From Auanema rhodensis (Eukaryota; Animalia; Nematoda), in contig OZ059899.1 of NCBI GenBank assembly GCA_964057225.1, positions 16,492,001 through 16,556,000 on the forward strand: DNA of 64,000 bases, in the 5' to 3' direction. Position 1 is the stretch's first letter. Every line of letters starts with the position of its first letter. Positions 1 through 15,000 of the stretch are shown one piece after another. The position numbers were made by a program, and so were the translations under genes. The notes beneath the pieces are model-generated. The model made no database searches, was not told the origin of the DNA, and worked only from the letters and a program-made list of their open reading frames with translations.

Positions 1-3000
1 CTGAATACCCAAGTTGTAACTATTTGTGTCCGGTTATAGTTGATAATATTGGAGAAACATCGACAATCACCGAACACAACGTGCCTACAGCCTGAACTTT
101 TTTGTGAACAAATCTTGTGGATGGGGTTGATATAAACCTTTTTTCCGGAAAACTGAGAAGTCACGGCCGAATCTTACTCGGAATATCAGATTCTACACAT
201 CTGAATACCCAAGTTGTAACTATTTTTGTTTGATTATAGTTGATAATATTGGAGAAACATTGACAATCACCGAACACAACGTGCCTACAGCCTGAACTTT
301 TTTGTGAACAAATCTTGTGGATGGGGTTGATATAAACCTTTTTTCCGGAAAACTGAGAAGTCACGGCCGAATCTTACTCGGAATATCAGATTCTACACAT
401 CTGAATACCCAAGTTGTAACTATTTTTGTTTGATTATAGTTGATAATATTGGAGAAACATTGACAATCACCGAACACAACGTGCCTACAGCCTGAACTTT
501 TTTGTGAACAAATCTTGTGGATGGGGTTGATATAAACCTTTTTTCCGGAAAACTGAGAAGTCACAGCCAAATCACACCAAGTAATTCAGATTTTACACAT
601 CTGAATACCCAAGTTGTAACTATTTTTGTTTGATTATAGTTGATAATATTGGAGAAACATTGACAATCACCGGACACAACGTGCCTACAGCCTGAACTTT
701 TTTGTGAACAAATCTTGTGGATGGGGTTGATATAAACCTTTTTTCCGGAAAACTGAGAAGTCACAGCCAAATCACACCAAGTAATTCAGATTCTACACAT
801 CTGAATACCCAAGTTGTAACTATTTTTGTTTGATTATAGTTGATAATATTGGAGAAACATTGACAATCACCGGACACAACGTGCCTACAGCCTGAACTTT
901 TTTGTGAACAAATCTTGTGGATGGGGTTGATATAAACCTTTTTTCCGGAAAACTGAGAAGTCACAGCCAAATCACACCAAGTAATTCAGATTCTACACAT
1001 CTGAATACCCAAGTTGTAACTATTTTTGTTTGATTATAGTTGATAATATTGGAGAAACATTGACAATCACCGGACACAACGTGCCTACAGCCTGAACTTT
1101 TTTGTGAACAAATCTTGTGGATGGGGTTGATATAAACCTTTTTTCCGGAAAACTGAGAAGTCACAGCCAAATCACACCAAGTAATTCAGATTCTACACAT
1201 CTGAATACCCAAGTTGTAACTATTTTTGTTTGATTATAGTTGATAATATTGGAGAAACATTGACAATCACCGGACACAACGTGCCTACAGCCTGAACTTT
1301 TTTGTGAACAAATCTTGTGGATGGGGTTGATATAAACCTTTTTTCCGGAAAACTGAGAAGTCACAGCCAAATCACAACCAAGTAATTCAGATTCTACACA
1401 TCTGAATACCCAAGTTGTAACTATTTTTGTTTGATTATAGTTGATAATATTGGAGAAACATTGACAATCACCGGACACAACGTGCCTACAGCCTGAACTT
1501 TTTTGTGAACAAATCTTGTGGATGGGGTTGATATAATCCTTTTTTCCGGAAAACTGAGAAGTCACAGCCAAATCACACCAAGTAATTCAGATTCTACACA
1601 TCTGAATACCCAAGTTGTAACTATTTGTGTCCGGTTATAGTTGATAATATTGGAGAAACATTGACAATCACCGAACACAACGTGCCTACAGCCTGAACTT
1701 TTTTGTGAACAAATCTTGTGGATGGGGTTGATATAAACCTTTTTTCCGGAAAACTGAGAAGTCACAGCCAAATCACACCAAGTAATTCAGATTCTACACA
1801 TCTGAATACCCAAGTTGTAACTATTTTTGTTTGATTATAGTTGATAATATTGGAGAAACATTGACAATCACCGAACACAACGTGCCTACAGCCTGAACTT
1901 TTTTGTGAACAAATCTTGTGGATGGGGTTGATATAAACCTTTTTTCCGGAAAACTGAGAAGTCACGGCCGAATCTTACTCGGAATATCAGATTCTACACA
2001 TCTGAATACCCAAGTTGTAACTATTTTTGTTTGATTATAGTTGATAATATTGGAGAAACATTGACAATCACCGAACACAACGTGCCTACAGCCTGAACTT
2101 TTTTGTGAACAAATCTTGTGGATGGGGTTGATATAAACCTTTTTTCCGGAAAACTGAGAAGTCACGGCCGAATCTTACTCGGAATATCAGATTCTACACA
2201 TCTGAATACCCAAGTTGTAACTATTTTTGTTTGATTATAGTTGATAATATTGGAGAAACATTGACAATCACCGAACACAACGTGCCTACAGCCTGAACTT
2301 TTTTGTGAACAAATCTTGTGGATGGGGTTGATATAAACCTTTTTTCCGGAAAACTGAGAAGTCACGGCCGAATCTTACTCGGAATATCAGATTCTACACA
2401 TCTGAATACCCAAGTTGTAACTATTTTTGTTTGATTATAGTTGATAATATTGGAGAAACATTGACAATCACCGAACACAACGTGCCTACAGCCTGAACTT
2501 TTTTGTGAACAAATCTTGTGGATGGGGTTGATATAAACCTTTTTTCCGGAAAACTGAGAAGTCACGGCCGAATCTTACTCGGAATATCAGATTCTACACA
2601 TCTGAATACCCAAGTTGTAACTATTTTTGTTTGATTATAGTTGATAATATTGGAGAAACATTGACAATCACCGAACACAACGTGCCTACAGCCTGAACTT
2701 TTTTGTGAACAAATCTTGTGGATGGGGTTGATATAAACCTTTTTTCCGGAAAACTGAGAAGTCACGGCCGAATCTTACTCGGAATATCAGATTCTACACA
2801 TCTGAATACCCAAGTTGTAACTATTTTTGTTTGATTATAGTTGATAATATTGGAGAAACATTGACAATCACCGAACACAACGTGCCTACAGCCTGAACTT
2901 TTTTGTGAACAAATCTTGTGGATGGGGTTGATATAAACCTTTTTTCCGGAAAACTGAGAAGTCACGGCCGAATCTTACTCGGAATATCAGATTCTACACA

Positions 3001-6000
3001 TCTGAATACCCAAGTTGTAACTATTTTTGTTTGATTATAGTTGATAATATTGGAGAAACATTGACAATCACCGAACACAACGTGCCTACAGCCTGAACTT
3101 TTTTGTGAACAAATCTTGTGGATGGGGTTGATATAAACCTTTTTTCCGGAAAACTGAGAAGTCACGGCCGAATCTTACTCGGAATATCAGATTCTACACA
3201 TCTGAATACCCAAGTTGTAACTATTTTTGTTTGATTATAGTTGATAATATTGGAGAAACATTGACAATCACCGAACACAACGTGCCTACAGCCTGAACTT
3301 TTTTGTGAACAAATCTTGTGGATGGGGTTGATATAAACCTTTTTTCCGGAAAACTGAGAAGTCACAGCCAAATCACACCAAGTAATTCAGATTCTACACA
3401 TCTGAATACCCAAGTTGTAACTATTTTTGTTTGATTATAGTTGATAATATTGGAGAAACATTGACAATCACCGGACACAACGTGCCTACAGCCTGAACTT
3501 TTTTGTGAACAAATGTTGTGGATGGGGTTGATATAAACCTTTTTTCCGGAAAACTGAGAAGTCACAGCCAAATCACACCAAGTAATTCAGATTCTACACA
3601 TCTGAATACCCAAGTTGTAACTATTTTTGTTTGATTATAGTTGATAATATTGGAGAAACATTGACAATCACCGGACACAACGTGCCTACAGCCTGAACTT
3701 TTTTGTGAACAAATCTTGTGGATGGGGTTGATATAAACCTTTTTTCCGGAAAACTGAGAAGTCACGGCCGAATCTTACTCGGAATATCAGATTCTTCACA
3801 TCTGAATACCCAAGTTGTAACTATTTGTGTCCGGTTATAGTTGATAATATTGGAGAAACATTGACAATCACCGAACACAACGTGCCTACAGCCTGAACTT
3901 TTTTGTGAACAAATCTTGTGGATGGGGTTGATATAAACCTTTTTTCCGGAAAACTGAGAAGTCACAGCCAAATCACACCAAGTAATTCAGATTCTACACA
4001 TCTGAATACCCAAGTTGTAACTATTTGTGTCCGGTTATAGTTGATAATATTGGAGAAACATTGACAATCACCGAACACAACGTGCCTACAGCCTGAACTT
4101 TTTTGTGAACAAATCTTGTGGATGGGGTTGATATAAACCTTTTTTCCGGAAAACTGAGAAGTCACAGCCAAATCACACCAAGTAATTCAGATTCTACACA
4201 TCTGAATACCCAAGTTGTAACTATTTTTGTTTGATTATAGTTGATAATATTGGAGAAACATTGACAATCACCGAACACAACGTGCCTACAGCCTGAACTT
4301 TTTTGTGAACAAATCTTGTGGATGGGGTTGATATAAACCTTTTTTCCGGAAAACTGAGAAGTCACAGCCAAATCACACCAAGTAATTCAGATTCTACACA
4401 TCTGAATACCTAAGTTGTAACTATTTGTGTCCGGTTATAGTTGATAATATTGGAGAAACATTGACAATCACCGAACACAACGTGCCTACAGCCTGAACTT
4501 TTTTGTGAACAAATCTTGTGGATGGGGTTGATATAAACCTTTTTTCCGGAAAACTGAGAAGTCACGGCCGAATCTTACTCGGAATATCAGATTCTTCACA
4601 TCTGAATACCCAAGTTGTAACTATTTGTGTCCGGTTATAGTTGATAATATTGGAGAAACATTGACAATCACCGAACACAACGTGCCTACAGCCTGAACTT
4701 TTTTGTGAACAAATCTTGTGGATGGGGTTGATATAAACCTTTTTTCCGGAAAACTGAGAAGTCACAGCCAAATCACACCAAGTAATTCAGATTCTACACA
4801 TCTGAATACCCAAGTTGTAACTATTTTTGTTTGATTATAGTTGATAATATTGGAGAAACATTGACAATCACCGGACACAACGTGCCTACAGCCTGAACTT
4901 TTTTGTGAACAAATCTTGTGGATGGGGTTGATATAAACCTTTTTTCCGGAAAACTGAGAAGTCACAGCCAAATCACACCAAGTAATTCAGATTCTACACA
5001 TCTGAATACCCAAGTTGTAACTATTTTTGTTTGATTATAGTTGATAATATTGGAGAAACATTGACAATCACCGGACACAACGTGCCTACAGCCTGAACTT
5101 TTTTGTGAACAAATCTTGTGGATGGGGTTGATATAAACCTTTTTTCCGGAAAACTGAGAAGTCACAGCCAAATCACACCAAGTAATTCAGATTCTACACA
5201 TCTGAATACCCAAGTTGTAACTATTTTTGTTTGATTATAGTTGATAATATTGGAGAAACATTGACAATCACCGGACACAACGTGCCTACAGCCTGAACTT
5301 TTTTGTGAACAAATCTTGTGGATGGGGTTGATATAAACCTTTTTTCCGGAAAACTGAGAAGTCACAGCCAAATCACACCAAGTAATTCAGATTCTACACA
5401 TCTGAATACCCAAGTTGTAACTATTTTTGTTTGATTATAGTTGATAATATTGGAGAAACATTGACAATCACCGGACACAACGTGCCTACAGCCTGAACTT
5501 TTTTGTGAACAAATCTTGTGGATGGGGTTGATATAATCCTTTTTTCCGGAAAACTGAGAAGTCACGGCCGAATCTTACTCGGAATATCAGATTCTTCACA
5601 TCTGAATACCCAAGTTGTAACTATTTGTGTCCGGTTATAGTTGATAATATTGGAGAAACATTGACAATCACCGAACACAACGTGCCTACAGCCTGAACTT
5701 TTTTGTGAACAAATCTTGTGGATGGGGTTGATATAAACCTTTTTTCCGGAAAACTGAGAAGTCACAGCCAAATCACACCAAGTAATTCAGATTCTACACA
5801 TCTGAATACCCAAGTTGTAACTATTTGTGTCCGGTTATAGTTGATAATATTGGAGAAACATTGACAATCACCGAACACAACGTGCCTACAGCCTGAACTT
5901 TTTTGTGAACAAATCTTGTGGATGGGGTTGATATAAACCTTTTTTCCGGAAAACTGAGAAGTCACAGCCAAATCACACCAAGTAATTCAGATTCTACACA

Positions 6001-9000
6001 TCTGAATACCCAAGTTGTAACTATTTTTGTTTGATTATAGTTGATAATATTGGAGAAACATTGACAATCACCGGACACAACGTGCCTACAGCCTGAACTT
6101 TTTTGTGAACAAATCTTGTGGATGGGGTTGATATAAACCTTTTTTCCGGAAAACTGAGAAGTCACAGCCAAATCACACCAAGTAATTCAGATTCTACACA
6201 TCTGAATACCCAAGTTGTAACTATTTGTGTCCGGTTATAGTTGATAATATTGGAGAAACATTGACAATCACCGAACACAACGTGCCTACAGCCTGAACTT
6301 TTTTGTGAACAAATCTTGTGGATGGGGTTGATATAAACCTTTTTTCCGGAAAACTGAGAAGTCACAGCCAAATCACACCAAGTAATTCAGATTCTACACA
6401 TCTGAATACCCAAGTTGTAACTATTTGTGTCCGGTTATAGTTGATAATATTGGAGAAACATTGACAATCACCGAACACAACGTGCCTACAGCCTGAACTT
6501 TTTTGTGAACAAATCTTGTGGATGGGGTTGATATAAACCTTTTTTCCGGAAAACTGAGAAGTCACAGCCAAATCACACCAAGTAATTCAGATTCTACACA
6601 TCTGAATACCCAAGTTGTAACTATTTTTGTTTGATTATAGTTGATAATATTGGAGAAACATTGACAATCACCGGACACAACGTGCCTACAGCCTGAACTT
6701 TTTTGTGAACAAATCTTGTGGATGGGGTTGATATAAACCTTTTTTCCGGAAAACTGAGAAGTCACAGCCAAATCACACCAAGTAATTCAGATTCTACACA
6801 TCTGAATACCCAAGTTGTAACTATTTGTGTCCGGTTATAGTTGATAATATAACAGAAACATTGACAATCACCGAACACAACGTGCCTACAGCCTGAACTT
6901 TTTTGTGAACAAATCTTGTGGATGGGGTTGATATAAACCTTTTTTCCGGAAAACTGAGAAGTCACAGCCAAATCACACCAAGTAATTCAGATTCTACACA
7001 TCTGAATACCCAAGTTGTAACTATTTTTGTTTGATTATAGTTGATAATATTGGAGAAACATTGACAATCACCGGACACAACGTGCCTACAGCCTGAACTT
7101 TTTTGTGAACAAATCTTGTGGATGGGGTTGATATAAACCTTTTTTCCGGAAAACTGAGAAGTCACAGCCAAATCACACCAAGTAATTCAGATTCTACACA
7201 TCTGAATACCCAAGTTGTAACTATTTGTGTCCGGTTATAGTTGATAATATTGGAGAAACATTGACAATCACCGAACACAACGTGCCTACAGCCTGAACTT
7301 TTTTGTGAACAAATCTTGTGGATGGGGTTGATATAAACCTTTTTTCCGGAAAACTGAGAAGTCACAGCCAAATCACACCAAGTAATTCAGATTCTACACA
7401 TCTGAATACCCAAGTTGTAACTATTTGTGTCCGGTTATAGTTGATAATATTGGAGAAACATTGACAATCACCGAACACAACGTGCCTACAGCCTGAACTT
7501 TTTTGTGAACAAATCTTGTGGATGGGGTTGATATAATCCTTTTTTCCGGAAAACTGAGAAGTCACGGCCGAATCTTACTCGGAATATCAGATTCTTCACA
7601 TCTGAATACCCAAGTTGTAACTATTTGTGTCCGGTTATAGTTGATAATATTGGAGAAACATTGACAATCACCGAACACAACGTGCCTACAGCCTGAACTT
7701 TTTTGTGAACAAATCTTGTGGATGGGGTTGATATAAACCTTTTTTCCGGAAAACTGAGAAGTCACAGCCAAATCACAACCAAGTAATTCAGATTCTACAC
7801 ATCTGAATACCCAAGTTGTAACTATTTTTGTTTGATTATAGTTGATAATATTGGAGAAACATTGACAATCACCGGACACAACGTGCCTACAGCCTGAACT
7901 TTTTTGTGAACAAATCTTGTGGATGGGGTTGATATAATCCTTTTTTCCGGAAAACTGAGAAGTCACGGCCGAATCTTACTCGGAATATCAGATTCTTCAC
8001 ATCTGAATACCCAAGTTGTAACTATTTGTGTCCGGTTATAGTTGATAATATTGGAGAAACATTGACAATCACCGAACACAACGTGCCTACAGCCTGAACT
8101 TTTTTGTGAACAAATCTTGTGGATGGGGTTGATATAAACCTTTTTTCCGGAAAACTGAGAAGTCACAGCCAAATCACACCAAGTAATTCAGATTCTACAC
8201 ATCTGAATACCCAAGTTGTAACTATTTGTGTCCGGTTATAGTTGATAATATTGGAGAAACATTGACAATCACCGAACACAACGTGCCTACAGCCTGAACT
8301 TTTTTGTGAACAAATCTTGTGGATGGGGTTGATATAAACCTTTTTTCCGGAAAACTGAGAAGTCACAGCCAAATCACAACCAAGTAATTCAGATTCTACA
8401 CATCTGAATACCCAAGTTGTAACTATTTGTGTCCGGTTATAGTTGATAATATTGGAGAAACATTGACAATCACCGAACACAACGTGCCTACAGCCTGAAC
8501 TTTTTTGTGAACAAATCTTGTGGATGGGGTTGATATAAACCTTTTTTCCGGAAAACTGAGAAGTCACAGCCAAATCACAACCAAGTAATTCAGATTCTAC
8601 ACATCTGAATACCCAAGTTGTAACTATTTTTGTTTGATTATAGTTGATAATATTGGAGAAACATTGACAATCACCGGACACAACGTGCCTACAGCCTGAA
8701 CTTTTTTGTGAACAAATCTTGTGGATGGGGTTGATATAAACCTTTTTTCCGGAAAACTGAGAAGTCACAGCCAAATCACACCAAGTAATTCAGATTCTAC
8801 ACATCTGAATACCCAAGTTGTAACTATTTTTGTTTGATTATAGTTGATAATATTGGAGAAACATTGACAATCACCGGACACAACGTGCCTACAGCCTGAA
8901 CTTTTTTGTGAACAAATCTTGTGGATGGGGTTGATATAAACCTTTTTTCCGGAAAACTGAGAAGTCACAGCCAAATCACAACCAAGTAATTCAGATTCTA

Positions 9001-12000
9001 CACATCTGAATACCCAAGTTGTAACTATTTGTGTCCGGTTATAGTTGATAATATTGGAGAAACATTGACAATCACCGGACACAACGTGCCTACAGCCTGA
9101 ACTTTTTTGTGAACAAATCTTGTGGATGGGGTTGATATAAACCTTTTTTCCGGAAAACTGAGAAGTCACAGCCAAATCACACCAAGTAATTCAGATTCTA
9201 CACATCTGAATACCCAAGTTGTAACTATTTTTGTTTGATTATAGTTGATAATATTGGAGAAACATTGACAATCACCGAACACAACGTGCCTACAGCCTGA
9301 ACTTTTTTGTGAACAAATGTTGTGGATGGGGTTGATATAATCCTTTTTTCCGGAAAACTGAGAAGTCACAGCCAAATCACACCAAGTATTTCAGATTCTA
9401 CACATCTGAATACCCAAGTTGTAACTATTTTTGTTTGATTATAGTTGATAATATTGGAGAAACATTGACAATCACCGGACACAACGTGCCTACAGCCTGA
9501 ACTTTTTTGTGAACAAATCTTGTGGATGGGGTTGATATAATCCTTTTTTCCGGAAAACTGAGAAGTCACAGCCAAATCACACCAAGTATTTCAGATTCTA
9601 CACATCTGAATACCCAAGTTGTAACTATTTTTGTTTGATTATAGTTGATAATATTGGAGAAACATTGACAATCACCGGACACAACGTGCCTACAGCCTGA
9701 ACTTTTTTGTGAACAAATGTTGTGGATGGGGTTGATATAATCCTTTTTTCCGGAAAACTGAGAAGTCACAGCCAAATCACACCAAGTATTTCAGATTCTA
9801 CACATCTGAATACCCAAGTTGTAACTATTTGTGTCCGGTTATAGTTGATAATATTGGAGAAACATTGACAATCACCGGACACAACGTGCCTACAGCCTGA
9901 ACTTTTTTGTGAACAAATCTTGTGGATGGGGTTGATATAATCCTTTTTTCCGGAAAACTGAGAAGTCACAGCCAAATCACACCAAGTAATTCAGATTCTA
10001 CACATCTGAATACCCAAGTTGTAACTATTTTTGTTTGATTATAGTTGATAATATTGGAGAAACATTGACAATCACCGAACACAACGTGCCTACAGCCTGA
10101 ACTTTTTTGTGAACAAATGTTGTGGATGGGGTTGATATAATCCTTTTTTCCGGAAAACTGAGAAGTCACAGCCAAATCACACCAAGTAATTCAGATTCTA
10201 CACATCTGAATACCCAAGTTGTAACTATTTTTGTTTGATTATAGTTGATAATATTGGAGAAACATTGACAATCACCGAACACAACGTGCCTACAGCCTGA
10301 ACTTTTTTGTGAACAAATGTTGTGGATGGGGTTGATATAATCCTTTTTTCCGGAAAACTGAGAAGTCACAGCCAAATCACACCAAGTATTTCAGATTCTA
10401 CACATCTGAATACCCAAGTTGTAACTATTTTTGTTTGATTATAGTTGATAATATTGGAGAAACATTGACAATCACCGAACACAACGTGCCTACAGCCTGA
10501 ACTTTTTTGTGAACAAATGTTGTGGATGGGGTTGATATAATCCTTTTTTCCGGAAAACTGAGAAGTCACAGCCAAATCACACCAAGTATTTCAGATTCTA
10601 CACATCTGAATACCCAAGTTGTAACTATTTGTGTCCGGTTATAGTTGATAATATTGGAGAAACATTGACAATCACCGGACACAACGTGCCTACAGCCTGA
10701 ACTTTTTTGTGAACAAATGTTGTGGATGGGGTTGATATAATCCTTTTTTCCGGAAAACTGAGAAGTCACAGCCAAATCACACCAAGTATTTCAGATTCTA
10801 CACATCTGAATACCCAAGTTGTAACTATTTTTGTTTGATTATAGTTGATAATATTGGAGAAACATTGACAATCACCGAACACAACGTGCCTACAGCCTGA
10901 ACTTTTTTGTGAACAAATGTTGTGGATGGGGTTGATATAATCCTTTTTTCCGGAAAACTGAGAAGTCACAGCCAAATCACACCAAGTATTTCAGATTCTA
11001 CACATCTGAATACCCAAGTTGTAACTATTTTTGTTTGATTATAGTTGATAATATTGGAGAAACATTGACAATCACCGAACACAACGTGCCTACAGCCTGA
11101 ACTTTTTTGTGAACAAATGTTGTGGATGGGGTTGATATAATCCTTTTTTCCGGAAAACTGAGAAGTCACAGCCAAATCACACCAAGTATTTCAGATTCTA
11201 CACATCTGAATACCCAAGTTGTAACTATTTGTGTCCGGTTATAGTTGATAATATTGGAGAAACATTGACAATCACCGGACACAACGTGCCTACAGCCTGA
11301 ACTTTTTTGTGAACAAATGTTGTGGATGGGGTTGATATAATCCTTTTTTCCGGAAAACTGAGAAGTCACAGCCAAATCACACCAAGTATTTCAGATTCTA
11401 CACATCTGAATACCCAAGTTGTAACTATTTTTGTTTGATTATAGTTGATAATATTGGAGAAACATTGACAATCACCGAACACAACGTGCCTACAGCCTGA
11501 ACTTTTTTGTGAACAAATGTTGTGGATGGGGTTGATATAATCCTTTTTTCCGGAAAACTGAGAAGTCACAGCCAAATCACACCAAGTATTTCAGATTCTA
11601 CACATCTGAATACCCAAGTTGTAACTATTTTTGTTTGATTATAGTTGATAATATTGGAGAAACATTGACAATCACCGAACACAACGTGCCTACAGCCTGA
11701 ACTTTTTTGTGAACAAATGTTGTGGATGGGGTTGATATAATCCTTTTTTCCGGAAAACTGAGAAGTCACAGCCAAATCACACCAAGTATTTCAGATTCTA
11801 CACATCTGAATACCCAAGTTGTAACTATTTGTGTCCGGTTATAGTTGATAATATTGGAGAAACATTGACAATCACCGGACACAACGTGCCTACAGCCTGA
11901 ACTTTTTTGTGAACAAATGTTGTGGATGGGGTTGATATAATCCTTTTTTCCGGAAAACTGAGAAGTCACAGCCAAATCACACCAAGTATTTCAGATTCTA

Positions 12001-15000
12001 CACATCTGAATACCCAAGTTGTAACTATTTTTGTTTGATTATAGTTGATAATATTGGAGAAACATTGACAATCACCGAACACAACGTGCCTACAGCCTGA
12101 ACTTTTTTGTGAACAAATGTTGTGGATGGGGTTGATATAATCCTTTTTTCCGGAAAACTGAGAAGTCACAGCCAAATCACACCAAGTATTTCAGATTCTA
12201 CACATCTGAATACCCAAGTTGTAACTATTTTTGTTTGATTATAGTTGATAATATTGGAGAAACATTGACAATCACCGAACACAACGTGCCTACAGCCTGA
12301 ACTTTTTTGTGAACAAATCTTGTGGATGGGGTTGATATAAACCTTTTTTCCGGAAAACTGAGAAGTCACGGCCGAATCTTACTCGGAATATCAGATTCTA
12401 CACATCTGAATACCCAAGTTGTAACTATTTGTGTCCGGTTATAGTTGATAATATTGGAGAAACATTGACAATCACCGAACACAACGTGCCTACAGCCTGA
12501 ACTTTTTTGTGAACAAATGTTGTGGATGGGGTTGATATAATCCTTTTTTCCGAAAAACTGAGAAGTCACAGCCAAATCACACCAAGTATTTCAGATTCTA
12601 CACATCTGAATACCCAAGTTGTAACTATTTGTGTCCGGTTATAGTTGATAATATTGGAGAAACATTGACAATCACCGGACACAACGTGCCTACAGCCTGA
12701 ACTTTTTTGTGAACAAATCTTGTGGATGGGGTTGATATAATCCTTTTTTCCGGAAAACTGAGAAGTCACAGCCAAATCACACCAAGTAATTCAGATTCTA
12801 CACATCTGAATACCCAAGTTGTAACTATTTTTGTTTGATTATAGTTGATAATATTGGAGAAACATTGACAATCACCGGACACAACGTGCCTACAGCCTGA
12901 ACTTTTTTGTGAACAAATCTTGTGGATGGGGTTGATATAATCCTTTTTTCCGGAAAACTGAGAAGTCACAGCCAAATCACACCAAGTAATTCAGATTCTA
13001 CACATCTGAATACCCAAGTTGTAACTATTTGTGTCCGGTTATAGTTGATAATATTGGAGAAACATTGACAATCACCGGACACAACGTGCCTACAGCCTGA
13101 ACTTTTTTGTGAACAAATCTTGTGGATGGGGTTGATATAATCCTTTTTTCCGGAAAACTGAGAAGTCACAGCCAAATCACACCAAGTAATTCAGATTCTA
13201 CACATCTGAATACCCAAGTTGTAACTATTTGTGTCCGGTTATAGTTGATAATATTGGAGAAACATTGACAATCACCGGACACAACGTGCCTACAGCCTGA
13301 ACTTTTTTGTGAACAAATCTTGTGGATGGGGTTGATATAATCCTTTTTTCCGGAAAACTGAGAAGTCACAGCCAAATCACACCAAGTAATTCAGATTCTA
13401 CACATCTGAATACCCAAGTTGTAACTATTTGTGTCCGGTTATAGTTGATAATATTGGAGAAACATTGACAATCACCGGACACAACGTGCCTACAGCCTGA
13501 ACTTTTTTGTGAACAAATCTTGTGGATGGGGTTGATATAATCCTTTTTTCCGGAAAACTGAGAAGTCACAGCCAAATCACACCAAGTAATTCAGATTCTA
13601 CACATCTGAATACCCAAGTTGTAACTATTTGTGTCCGGTTATAGTTGATAATATTGGAGAAACATTGACAATCACCGAACACAACGTGCCTACAGCCTGA
13701 ACTTTTTTGTGAACAAATCTTGTGGATGGGGTTGATATAAACCTTTTTTCCGGAAAACTGAGAAGTCACAGCCGAATCACACCAAGTAATTCAGATTCTA
13801 CACATCTGAATACCCAAGTTGTAACTATTTTTGTTTGATTATAGTTGATAATATTGGAGAAACATTGACAATCACCGGACACAACGTGCCTACAGCCTGA
13901 ACTTTTTTGTGAACAAATCTTGTGGATGGGGTTGATATAAACCTTTTTTCCGGAAAACTGAGAAGTCACAGCCGAATCACACCAAGTAATTCAGATTCTA
14001 CACATCTGAATACCCAAGTTGTAACTATTTTTGTTTGATTATAGTTGATAATATTGGAGAAACATTGACAATCACCGGACACAACGTGCCTACAGCCTGA
14101 ACTTTTTTGTGAACAAATCTTGTGGATGGGGTTGATATAAACCTTTTTTCCGGAAAACTGAGAAGTCACAGCCAAATCACACCAAGTAATTCAGATTCTA
14201 CACATCTGAATACCCAAGTTGTAACTATTTTTGTTTGATTATAGTTGATAATATTGGAGAAACATTGACAATCACCGGACACAACGTGCCTACAGCCTGA
14301 ACTTTTTTGTGAACAAATCTTGTGGATGGGGTTGATATAAACCTTTTTTCCGGAAAACTGAGAAGTCACAGCCGAATCACACCAAGTAATTCAGATTCTA
14401 CACATCTGAATACCCAAGTTGTAACTATTTTTGTTTGATTATAGTTGATAATATTGGAGAAACATTGACAATCACCGGACACAACGTGCCTACAGCCTGA
14501 ACTTTTTTGTGAACAAATCTTGTGGATGGGGTTGATATAAACCTTTTTTCCGGAAAACTGAGAAGTCACAGCCGAATCACACCAAGTAATTCAGATTCTA
14601 CACATCTGAATACCCAAGTTGTAACTATTTTTGTTTGATTATAGTTGATAATATTGGAGAAACATTGACAATCACCGGACACAACGTGCCTACAGCCTGA
14701 ACTTTTTTGTGAACAAATCTTGTGGATGGGGTTGATATAAACCTTTTTTCCGGAAAACTGAGAAGTCACAGCCGAATCACACCAAGTAATTCAGATTCTA
14801 CACATCTGAATACCCAAGTTGTAACTATTTGTGTCCGGTTATAGTTGATAATATTGGAGAAACATTGACAATCACCGGACACAACGTGTCTACAGCCTGA
14901 ACTTTTTTGTGAACAAATCTTGTGGATGGGGTTGATATAAACCTTTTTTCCGGAAAACTGAGAAGTCACAGCCAAATCACAACCAAGTAATTCAGATTCT

